Origin: Octopus vulgaris
Lineage: Eukaryota
Assembly (NCBI GenBank): GCA_951406725.2
Contig: OX597818.1
Coordinates: 136,152,001 to 136,216,000, forward strand
DNA: 64,000 bases
Reading direction: 5' to 3'
The first letter of the stretch is position 1. Every line of letters starts with the position of its first letter. The notes beneath the pieces are model-generated. The model was not told the origin of the DNA, ran no database searches, and was given only the letters and a program-made list of their open reading frames with translations. This document shows positions 52,757 through 64,000 of this stretch, one piece after another. The translations under genes were made by a program, and so were the position numbers.

Positions 52757-53008
52757 TTAATCCTTCAGCATTTAAACTGGCCAAAATTTTCGACCTATTT
52801 TGTGTTTAAACTGGCCAAATCTGGCCTCTCAAACCCACCCTAGAATGCCACTTTAAAAATATGACATTTAAAAATACAATGTCATTTTAAAAATAAACTA
52901 TCAAATTATTGAAGGCTTGAAACCACAAGATCATACATAATTTACTCAAAACACTTTGAATATAGATGCATTACGTTTGACAGACTAAACTGAATGCCAA
53001 AAGGTTAA
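52757..53008. mobile_element. Older piggyBac-like MITE, same family as 51574
   Basis: TTAA-TCCTTCAGCATTTAAACTGGCC...GCCAAAAGG-TTAA. Confidence 0.7.
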
Positions 53009-53446
53009 ATCTACAAACATATTGCAACATAATTAAATGCTGTGAAGCATTTTGATGACTGTTCCAGTCATTCAACTACTTACCATGTCAGGAATTGTAA
53101 ATTCTGGTCTGGAAAGATAAAATAGCATGATGACATTTAAAACCAGTTTTATTTACATTCGCCACTGGTCAATAAAGCAATGTAAGTATTACAAGTTATA
53201 TTGACCATCATAAATTGTACAAACAAAGAAACAATACATACCAAAAAAGATAAATGCTGTAGGAGTGATGAAGATGCACAATATTCTACCTGTTTATACA
53301 TGGGTTCGAACCTAGCAAAGCCTTGTGGATTTAGTAGACGGAAACTGAAAGAAGCCTATACATTCATATATGTATACATGATGATGATGATCATCATCAT
53401 CATCATCATCATCACTACCACCACCATCACCACCATCATCATCATC

Positions 53447-53478
<32 letters not shown>

Positions 53479-54029
53479 CATCATCATTATCATCATTATC
53501 CTTTAGCATCTGTTTTTCACGCTGGCGTGGGTTAGACAGTTTGACCAGAGCTGGCAAGCCAGAGAGCTGCACCAGGTTCCTGTATGGCTTGGCTTGGTTT
53601 TTAATGGTTGGATGCCCATCCTAATGCCAACCACTTTACGGTGTGTGCTGGGTGCTTTTAACATGGCACTGGCATGAATGCTTTTTATGTGGCACTGGCA
53701 CAAGTGCCTTTTACATGGCACTGGCACAGGACTCTTGTAGGTCAGCATATGTGTGTTATGTGTACCTTAGTATAGAAATCACGTAAAAGCTGTAAATGTG
53801 CATACAAGTGAGGTTGTACATTTCCAGTCTTCTATGAAAAACATGTCTAGCTTTGGGAAAATATTAGCTTGCTTGGAAATATGTGAGGGCTGGTGACAGG
53901 AAGGGCACCTGAACCTAGAAAATCTGCCTCGACAAATTCTGTCTGGTATATGCAAGCATGAAAATGTGGACATTAAATGATGATGAGATGATGATGATAA
54001 GTATGTGTGTGTGTATGTGTGTGTGCTTT

Positions 54030-54560
54030 TGTTATCTAGGAGTCAGAAGTTACTGAGGAGGTAGTTGCTCTGAAAGTATAACAGTCAGGGTAAGAACAGA
54101 CTGGAAAAAGATCACAGGCAGTTATTACTGCTGCTGGTAACACAGGTCTGTTTCCCTGTGAATGAAGAGCAGATTTTATAGTGCTTGTGTTAGAACTGCA
54201 ATGCAACATGGGCCTTGAATGAAAAAAAAATCATTGTGAAGACTCGAAAGAAATGTAGCTAGCATGCTCCAGTGGATGTGCAATGTTAGCATGCATGAAT
54301 ACCAGAATATAATTAAGCTAAGAGAGAAACTGGGTGTAAGACAAATCAAGAGCAGTATGCAAAAGAGAAGGCTGCACTGGTATGGGCAGATGTTGCTTAT
54401 ACAGAAGTGCTGAGTACTTTAAGTTAGTGAAACCTGTAGAAGAGGGAGACCAGTAACAAAGAGAGGAAGGCTGACTGTAGATGCTGCATCACACACAGGA
54501 GATGACAAGTGATTGCACTGGTTGGCAGCATGTGGTGCTATAGAAAACTCAACTGCTTAA
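54030..54560 (+). mobile_element. Decayed RTE ORF2 C-terminus
   Basis: KLREKLGVRQIKSSMQKRRLHWYGQM resembles the RTE RRLRWYGHV motif. Confidence 0.6.
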
Positions 54561-54615
54561 TTGAAAAATGCACCCTAATACAAGGGTAGTAATTAAGATG
54601 TAACATATGTATGTA

Positions 54616-55014
54616 AGTGTAGGAGTGGCTGTGTGGTAAGTAGCTTGCTTAACAACCACATGGTTCTGGGTTCAGTCCCACTGCGTGGCACCTTGGGCAA
54701 GCGTCTTCTACTATAGCCTTGGGCCGACCAAAGCCTTGTGAGTGGATTTGGTAGACGGAAACTGAAAGAAGCCCGTCGTGTATATGTATATGTATATGTA
54801 TATATGTTTGTGTGTCTGTGTTTGTTCCCCCAACATTGCTTGACAACTGATGCTGGTGTGTTTATGTCCCCGTAACTTAGTGGTTTGGCAAAAGAAACAA
54901 ATAGAATAAGTACTAGGCTTACAAACAATAAGTCCTGGGATTGTTCTGCTCGACTAAAGGTGGTGCTCCAGCATGGCCACAGTCAAATGACTGAAAGTAA
55001 AAGAGTAAAAGAGT
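54616..55014 (+). mobile_element. SINE family B
   Basis: Match to 3477-3883. Confidence 0.9.
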
Positions 55015-55021
55015 ACACATA

Positions 55022-55246
55022 CATGGTTGGCCAAAAGTCACTTGACATTAAATCAAAATTCCATAAATACTATCTGTAATTCCATATTGACTCAAATGGA
55101 AAGATGTGTCGCTCAAGAAGGACTTCAGTTTGAACAATTTTCATGATGCTTCATACTTTTATTAAATTCATTCAGTTGTTAAACATAAATAAATCTTGGA
55201 ATTAAATGGTTTTGATTTACTGTCAGGTGACTTTTGGCCAACCCTG
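55022..55246. mobile_element. Tc1/mariner MITE
   Basis: TA-CATGGTTGGCCAAAAGTCACTTGACA...TGTCAGGTGACTTTTGGCCAACCCTG-TA. Confidence 0.85.
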
Positions 55247-55631
55247 TATATATGTGTGTGTGTCCATACATATACTGCTCTTCATGAAGTCCACCTTACT
55301 AACTATTACCTTCAGGACTCACATTACTTCATTGATCACAGTGCACTTTCTCCCAAGTTACCTCAACTGGCACCCAACACCTCCTCTCACCTTTATCTCA
55401 TTACCCACTTTCATTTGCCTTCTAGCCTTCTGTTCCCTTCCAGCAGCCACTCACTGTTTCACCCACCCCTCATTCACCATCTGTTATGCTTTTGTAGTAT
55501 TCACCCTCTGTACTCCCTTTTCTTTTTACAGCACCTACTTCTGTTAATGAAGTTGAGCTCACTATTCCTGTTCCCTTGTCATTCAATTAATTCATATAAT
55601 ACTCCTCACTTCACTAATACTTTATTCTGAA

Positions 55632-55710
<79 letters not shown>

Positions 55711-55758
55711 TATATTGAATTAAGGAAATCATATATGTATGTATGTATATATATATGT

Positions 55759-56100
55759 ATCATCATCATCATCGTTTAACATCCGTTTTCCGCGCTAGCA
55801 CGGGTTGGATGGTTCGACCGGGGTCTGGGAAACCAGGGGCTGCACCAGGCTCCAGTCTGATCTGGCAGTGTTTCTACAGCTGGATGCCCTTCCTAACGCT
55901 AACCACTCCGCGAGTGTAGTGGGTACTTTTTACGTGCCACCTGCACAGGTGCCAGGGGAGTCTGGCATCGGCCACGATCAGTTATTGCTTTTAAGGTGCC
56001 ACCGGCACGGAAGCCAGCCATGGCGACGCTGGTATTGGCCACGTTCGGATGGTGCTTTTTATGTACCACTGGCACAGAAGCCAGTCGAGGCGGCGCTGGA
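55759..56100 (-). mobile_element. RTE-associated repeat family D (variant)
   Basis: (CAT)n, GCTAGCACGGGTTGGA, CTGGATGCCCTTCCTAACG. Confidence 0.8.
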
Positions 56101-56268
56101 CTGTATATATATATATTGATGTGTGTGGATGTGTATATGCAGGTACTTCTGTACATGTGTGTATGTGAGAAGATGGTTACGTGCATATATGTCTTTCTAT
56201 ATGCCTATATCTAGGTACTTATAGCATTAATAAATCTCCGAACGAGATATAAACAGTAACCGCTCGAC

Positions 56269-56682
56269 AACGTAAAGTGTACTAGCCATCTGAATGTGGC
56301 TAGCCACTGGGAGTGGGGTGTTACTGACGCTTTTAGCCCCAGGAGATCAACGTCTCCAGCTGGCCTTAGACACAATTTCAGTGCCCTTGTGTTATTTGCA
56401 AAGGGAGGTCATCCTCCCTCGAAAACCTATTATTTGCAAAGGTCTCCTTCATCGAAAACCGGTGTTTACCATGCGTTGACAAGAGGCAAAAACCTCGAAA
56501 CTATAGTCCGTATGTATCACTTAGGTTTTCGACGGAGGATGACCTCCCTTTGCAAATAACACAAGGGCACTGAAATTGTGTCTAAGGCCAGCTGGAGACG
56601 TTGATCTCCTGGGGCTAAAAGCGTCAGTAACACCCCACCCCCAGTGGCTAGCCACATTCAGATGGCTAGTACACTTTACGTT
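56269..56682. repeat. 161-bp inverted repeat with a 92-bp spacer (PLE-type inverted pLTR)
   Basis: 56269-56429 is the reverse complement of 56522-56682 with ~2 mismatches. Confidence 0.95.
56470..56514 (+). ncRNA. Type I hammerhead ribozyme, U3-A8 core variant
   Basis: CATGCG-TTGACAA-GAGG-CAAAAA-CCTC-GAAA-CTATAG-TC^CGTATG. Confidence 0.8.
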
Positions 56683-57026
56683 ATATACTTATAGTTACTT
56701 GTCTTCTCACTGCCATTGCATTATTTTCCCATTTTCCCATTAAGAAAAAATTTTATGGGAAATTATTTGAACATTTTCAAAAGAAACACGTATACACATG
56801 CATGCACACACTTTTACTGTCTCTCTCTCTCCTCATCTCTCTCTCTCTCACTTTACACATAGATACAAACCCTCCCACACACATAAGTGTATATATACAT
56901 ACACACAAACACACCTATATATACACATGTGTGTGTATCATCTATACTCTTTTATGCCTTTTATGTCACTTAACTATTGCTGATAAAACAAAATTACTTT
57001 AAAAGATGCATATATACATACATACA

Positions 57027-57089
<63 letters not shown>

Positions 57090-57148
57090 CATACATGTAT
57101 ATCCACACACACATATGCCCACACAGTCTATTTTCATAAAGCTTCCCG

Positions 57149-57203
<55 letters not shown>

Positions 57204-57380
57204 CTCCATTATAAGCCAAAATCTATTGAACGTCTTTTAATCTTTCTGTTTAGAAATATGACACCAGGATATCTACATTAGTATTTTGTCTTTAAAACCT
57301 CAAACAGTTACATAAGATGATTTCCTACACAGACTGTTCTTTGAAAATATTGATTTGAAGAAAGCAAAAGAAATATATAT

Positions 57381-57463
<83 letters not shown>

Positions 57464-57946
57464 TACGTAAATGGAATATAATTTAATATTCAATGTGGAA
57501 ACTGTTACATTTACATATATATATTTATATAAATTGATGCACTAGTTTATATTTACCAACAAGCTGGTATATTTATACACCATTTTATATTCTAATATGT
57601 CTGAGTACCTCTCTTTGATATTTAATCTAAAATATTCTCAACTTTGCATTTCATTTTTCTCCCTTTTCATATTTTTCCTTTTTATCGTATTTTCATCTAT
57701 TTCTTTTTGCTTTCCTCCATTCTGTCTCTATTTTTGTCTCCAATATTTCCTTTGGTTAATGTTTTTGTTCTTCTTTCTCCAAGAACTCGCTGTCTTTATT
57801 TGTCTTTTATTTTAAAGAATCTCGTTTTTATTTCCCATAAAATTATAATTCAAAATTGGAAGCCATATTCATTGTGTTTTTCTATTTTAGTTTTAACCCT
57901 TCAGAATCATTTCTATGTCCAGACATCATCAATATTTTGTAGTAGT

Positions 57947-58329
57947 GGAGGCGCAATGGCCCAGTGGTTAGGGCAGCGGACTCGCGGTCTTAGGATCGCG
58001 GTTTCGATTCCCAGACCGGGCATTGTTAGTGTTTATTGAGCAAAAAAAACCAAAAAGCTCCACGAGGCTCCGGCAGGGGATGGTGGTGATCCCTGCTGTA
58101 CTCTTTCACCACAACTTTCTCTCACTCTTACTTCCTGTTTCTGTTGTACTTGTATTTCAAGGGGCCGGCCTTGTCACTCTCTGTGTCACGCTGAATATCC
58201 CCGAGAACTACGTTGAGGGTACACGTGTCTGTGGAGTGCTCAGCCACTTACATGTTAATTTCACGAGCAGGCTGTTCCGTTCATCGGATCAACCAGAACC
58301 CTCGTCGTCGTAACCGACGGAGTGCTTCC
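57947..58329 (+). mobile_element. SINE family A, full length
   Basis: Match to 8435-8816; TTTGTAGT duplicated at the flanks. Confidence 0.92.
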
Positions 58330-58819
58330 CCTTTGTAGTTATCTTTGGTGCTTAGGTATAAACACTGCTGTATATTTACTTCTGGTGTTTAGATATAAAC
58401 ACTACAGTTACCTCTGGGGTTTAGATATAAACTCAACTTTATTGTTATGTTGGAGTTTTAGCCATCAATAATACTTACTAATTTGTAGTATCTTGGAGGG
58501 TCATTCTGCCAGTGACAGACATACACACTGGCTCACTTTCACTTCATCATCTAATTGTCAACTGATCAACCATTTACATATATATTTATATAAATTGATG
58601 CACTAGTTTATATTTACCAACAAGCTGGAGTATTTATACACTATTGAACTGATCAATTGTTTGACTAATTGTTCAATCAGTCAATCAATCAATCAATTAA
58701 TCAATCAATCAAGATTTTCAGATGATAAAAGAACTTGGACAAATCTGATTGATTGACTGAATGAGTACTCAAAGAATTGATTAGTTAATTGGTTATATAG
58801 TTAACCAATTGATGGATAG

Positions 58820-59516
58820 ATAATAAAGAACTGAATTAGAATACAAAAGTCACCATGATAGGCTAGGACAGTATTTACATTGGAAAATATGTAAACGTTA
58901 CAAAATTGGCACCCCTGCTTACTTGTATGAGTATCATCCTGAGCCAGTTGTTGAAAGTAAAAATGTCACTATCCTCTGGGATTTTCCAGTATCCACCGAC
59001 AAAACAATTTAGGCTAACCAACCAGACATAATTATTACAGACTGGGAAGAAAATACTTGTAGACTAATAGATGTAAGTGTTCTCACTGATAACAATATAT
59101 CTGTAAAGGAATTTGACAAATTAAAAGTAAATATGAGGACCTGAAAATTGAACTACAAAAGATGTGGCATCTTAAAGCAAGAACTGTTCCTGTTATTGTA
59201 GGTGCCCTAGCTTTGATTAAAAAAATGGATGTCAGAAACATCTAGATAACATCCCTGGAGAACCATGTCTCAGAGAAATCCAAAAGATTATACTGACAAG
59301 TAGTGCCCACATCCTTAGGAAAACCCTGTCAATTTAAATGACTGTGATGTATTACATGAAGATATTTCACTACTGCCCCTGCCACTTGCTCTCCCCAAGC
59401 TTTCAGTAATACTGTAACATCTCTTAACCTTCACTCACCCTAGGATGCTGGGTGTGTTTCAGCAAGTGAGTGTAACAAACATGCAGATTAAAAGTAAATA
59501 GCAATAATAATAATAA
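58820..59516 (+). mobile_element. R4/Dong LINE 3' part (RLE endonuclease + UTR) ending in (TAA)n
   Basis: HDRLGQYLHWKICKRY...VTILWDFPVSTDKTI*ANQPDIII...LIDVSV. Confidence 0.8.
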
Positions 59517-60666
59517 AGCTAAAGCAGAGATCAAGTAAATAGTGGATGTGTTCATTGGCAAAAGATGACCATCCCCAAATATAACAATCTTATAATTGCC
59601 CTGGTGTCAACTATAAAGTATTTTCCCTTGGTCATCGCAAACTGGTTGGGTTGATGAGGAAGAAGGACTGGAAAATTGTTCAGCATGGTGCCAAAGAGAG
59701 GGACACAACAGAATCATACAAAAAAGAGAAAGAGAGAGATTGCTGTGTCAGGTGTATATGGGTAGAGGTGGTTTATGCAACTTGTTTATTCAGAGGAGCA
59801 GAGACTATTGTAGTAGTGGGAGAACAGGCACAGAGAGGAGACATAGTGTGTGTGTGTGTGCGTGTGTGCATGTGGCCTACAGATTGTGTGTTGGTGAGTG
59901 AGACTTTATCAATCAGCATGTGATATATATATTGAGTAGCAGTTGGTTAGACAGTGAGAAGAGATAATATTTCTGTAGGTCATCAGTTGTAGTGTGCTAC
60001 AAAGCCCTTGACCTAGCAAAGTTCTTAAGCACAGTCATGTAGACATCCACACAAGCTTTATAATTTGTATCATGATGCTTTGGAATCAGAAAAGTCTGAT
60101 AATAAATATCTTTTATTCTTTTACTTGTGGCCATGCTGGGGCACTGCCTTGAAGAATTTTTAGTTGAATGAATCGACACAAGTACTTTAATTTTTTTAAG
60201 CCTGGTATTTATTCTATCAGTCTGTTTTGCCAAACTGCTAAGTTACAGGAACATAAATACACCAATGCCAGTTGTCAAGCTGTGGAGGGGGGGAGGACAA
60301 ACACAGACACAAAGACACACACACACACACATGTACACACACACACACACATATTGACTCATCCCAAAAATAATATGATTTTTCCAATTGCATGAATTAA
60401 AAGTAGGAGGAGGATGAGATGAATTACCTGCATCAACTTGCTGTAAAAGCAGGTAGTAATTTTACTTTGTTCTTATTCTTAGTGCAAGTTTTGAAGAGTG
60501 CAGTTCGATTTTAATATATATATATATAAGGAAGGGCAGCCAGCCGTAGAAACACTGCCAGATCTGACTGGGCCTGATGCAGCCTTCCGGCTTCACAGAC
60601 CCCAGTTGAACCGTCCAACCCATGCTAGCATGGAAAGCAGATGCTAAATGATGATGATGATGATGA

Positions 60667-60714
<48 letters not shown>

Positions 60715-60716
<2 letters not shown>

Positions 60717-60856
60717 CGGGAAGCTTTATGAAAATAAACAAAAGACGAAGGCAGGTGGAAAACAAACGAACAATTGTATTAGTATGGCGCTCAGGAAATA
60801 TAAATAAAACAAGTCTTTAACGTTTCGAGCCTACGCTCTTCAACAGAAAGATACAC

Positions 60857-60859
<3 letters not shown>
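60715..60859 (-). mobile_element. PLE pLTR fragment with minimal HHR-like motif (60814-60851) in (TA)n
   Basis: Same family as 22789-23000. Confidence 0.7.
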
Positions 60860-60915
<56 letters not shown>

Positions 60916-61681
60916 ACGGGCTTAGTTAAGTTTCCTTCCACCAAATCCACTCACAAGGCTTTGGTTGGCCTGAGGCTATAGTATAAGACACTGGCCCAAG
61001 ATGCCACACAGTGGGACTGAACCTGGAAACATGTGGTTGGGAAGCAAGCTTCTTACCACACAGCTGCGTCTGCACCTAAGTATGAATATAAAACTTAAAG
61101 GTTGCCTGCATATTGAAATGTTCCGGATTGAATTCCAATAGTTTATTATCAATAATGTTACTTGAAGTAGCAGATAGGAAGGGGTTTAGAGGTGAGACTA
61201 TAAAATGTAAAAGTAACATTACAAGGGCTAATTTCTACTTCAAGTGTATTTTTGTCAGTGACAGATTCTAAGACATAACATCAATATACCTGGTGAAGGC
61301 ACATATACCATTACTGAAATCTCATTCTCAATAAACAGAACATCCTTCCTATGGAAGCTTACCATTTATATTTAGTCAAAAGAATTCAATACTCTGCAGG
61401 TTGTCTAATCCATTCAGATCTTTTTTCTTTATTCAGTTTTCTCTGCTGCTTTCTGAATTGATTCAGCTGTATGAAGTGAATTCAGATCATTCCCATTAAG
61501 GGACATAAAGAAAAGGTGGTAGCGGTGGGTGGGTGGGTGTATAGGTGAGGGTTTCATATGGGACAATTTGGATTTTGGTATTTAAATGTAGGATGAGGTG
61601 TATGTAAGTGTGTGTGTGTCTTTGCCTATGAATAAGAAAGAGGAAGACAAAGAGTCTCTCTGTCTGTCTGTTTGTCTCTCT

Positions 61682-62090
<409 letters not shown>

Positions 62091-62136
62091 TATATATATA
62101 TATATATATATACAAACACACACACACACACACATG

Positions 62137-62592
62137 CATCATCATCATCATCATCATTATCATTTAACATCCGCTTTCCATGCTAGCATGGGTTGGACGA
62201 TTTGACTGAAGTCTGGCGAACCAGAAGGCTGCACCAAACTCCAATCTGATCTGGTAGAGTTTCTACAGCTGGATGCCCTTCCTAATGCCAACCACTCCGA
62301 GAGTGTAGTGGGTGCTTTTACATGCGACCGGCACAAGGGCCAGTCAGGCGGTTACTGGCAACAGCCACGCTCAGATGGTGCTTTTTATGTATTTGTGTAT
62401 CTGTGTTTGTCCCCCCCACCATCACTTGACAACCAATGTTGGTGTGTTTACATCTCTGTAACTTAGCAGTTCGGCAAAAGAGACCGATAGAATAAGTACT
62501 AGGCTTACAAAGAACAAGTCCTGGAGTTGATTTGTTCAACTAAAGGCAGTGTTCCAGCATGGCCACATTCAAATGACTGAAACCAATAAAAG
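62137..62592. mobile_element. Family D (minus strand) abutting a SINE B 3' half (plus strand)
   Basis: Motif matches to both families. Confidence 0.75.
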
Positions 62593-62659
62593 AATATATA
62601 TATATATGAAAAAACAAGTCAAGATAGAAAATGCTAAAATAATTTTATAAAGAACATTT

Positions 62660-62696
62660 CAGTACCGGTTTCAGTCATTTGAGACCTTTTCAACTG
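62660..62696 (-). ncRNA. Minimal type I hammerhead, U3-A8 core variant
   Basis: Minus strand CAG-TTGAAAA-GGTC-TCAAAT-GACT-GAAA-CCGG-TA^CTG. Confidence 0.65.
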
Positions 62697-63298
62697 TAAC
62701 AATTAAATAATTAAATTTAGAAAAATTAAAAGAAAAGTTTTTTTAAAAGAATATTTGTATAGTGTTTCAAATATAAGTGGCATTTTCTTGTTTCTGCCTT
62801 TCTCTGTCTCTCCTGTTTACACTTGTGGGTTCGAGGTATATATATATATATATATTTAAATCCAAACGGGAAACAAAAAAACAACAACAATGGTTTTGAG
62901 TTTAGTCTTACTGTGTGGACTTTGGGCAAGCGTCTTCTACTGCAGAACCTACTGCTCTCCCTGTCTTCATCTCCTTTATAACTTCACTAACCTACTGAAA
63001 CAAGCCTCATTATCTGATATCTCAGTTCGTTAGCCATGAGGTTGACCCTCAGTATCTCATTTCTACAACTCATTCAACAACTTCTCATAGTCATACTTCT
63101 CTATTTTCACACTCACAGAAGATGTTTCAGCATTATTTAAGATAATATCCCTTTATTTACACTGACTGTGTATCAATGTCATTTTGGACAATGATTCTGT
63201 ATTGTCACAGAAGCTGGATATAATCCTTCCTAATAACACCATCATTTACACAACAGAATAGTGACAGTTCCAAACACTTCAAATTTTAAAACTGGAAG

Positions 63299-63814
63299 AA
63301 ATGATGCTAAGAATTTTGTTTGGCATGCTAACACTTCTACCAGCTCATAACCTTAACCTTTTTGATACCAACCTGGCTGAAACCACCTCTGGCACTGTAG
63401 TACAAATGTCTTGTTTTCAAAAGTTCTGAATTAAAATCTTCCACCAAACCTTAGTCACAATTCATGTTCCCTAACATTAGCTTAATGATAACTAAGTTAT
63501 TTTACTAATTTTCTTGTTATATTTAAAATTAACTGAAAGAAACACAGAGCATCTCAACAGAAAAATGGTGACAAAAGGGCTAATATTGGTTTCAAATTTT
63601 GGCACAAATGATGCTAAGAATTTTGTTTGGCATGCTAACACTTCTACCAGCTCATAACCTTAACCTTTTTGATACCAACCTGGCTGAAACCACCTCTGGC
63701 ACTGTAGTACAAATGTCTTGTTTTCAAAAGTTCTGAATTAAAATCTTCCACCAAACCTTAGTCACAATTCATGTTCCCTAACATTAGCTTAATGATAACT
63801 AAGTTATTTTACTA
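63299..63814 (+). repeat. 209-bp direct duplication (63299-63507 and 63606-63814) spanning a SINE C head and a piggyBac-like MITE start
   Basis: Apparently identical copies 307 bp apart. Confidence 0.92.
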
Positions 63815-64000
63815 TATATCTATACGCATACATATCCACACATACACACATATCCATACACATAGATATATCTCCACACACACACATATCCATACACACA
63901 TATATCCATACACACACATATCCACACACACGCACATCCACACACGCACTCATACATATATCATCATCATCATTTAGCATCTGCTTTCCATGCTAGCATG

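Noticed and set aside
61090-61500. Minus-strand coding-like stretch
   Set aside because: Multiple stops in the most coding-like frame; probably a decayed DNA transposon, family not identifiable

Overview
AT-rich eukaryotic (animal) genomic DNA, not prokaryotic. It is packed with (TA)n/(CA)n/(CATA)n/(TAA)n microsatellites and tRNA-derived SINEs whose sequences resemble those I know from octopus (species assignment is inference). Almost all ORFs in the supplied track are microsatellite or antisense artefacts. The only intact long ORF is a 5'-truncated CR1/L2-group LINE ORF2 (APE+RT, 41586-44351, minus). The rest is nested TE debris: a Gypsy/Mag relic, a DD37D maT, mariner, hAT, piggyBac and Merlin-like MITEs, a Helitron, and R4/Dong, RTE and Penelope fragments. 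The most notable signal is a set of at least five sequence-unrelated type I hammerhead ribozyme (HHR) families, mostly beside (TA)n tracts. One is a non-coding 535-bp retrozyme-like unit at two loci, one of which forms a ~295-bp palindrome whose junction sits at the cleavage site. Two others carry the compensatory U3-A8 core, one in the loop of a 161-bp palindrome. CpG content appears by eye to drop sharply at ~22-23.5 kb, suggesting the right two-thirds is a methylated gene body; only weak exon candidates are visible. Coordinates were counted by hand and may be off by a few bases.
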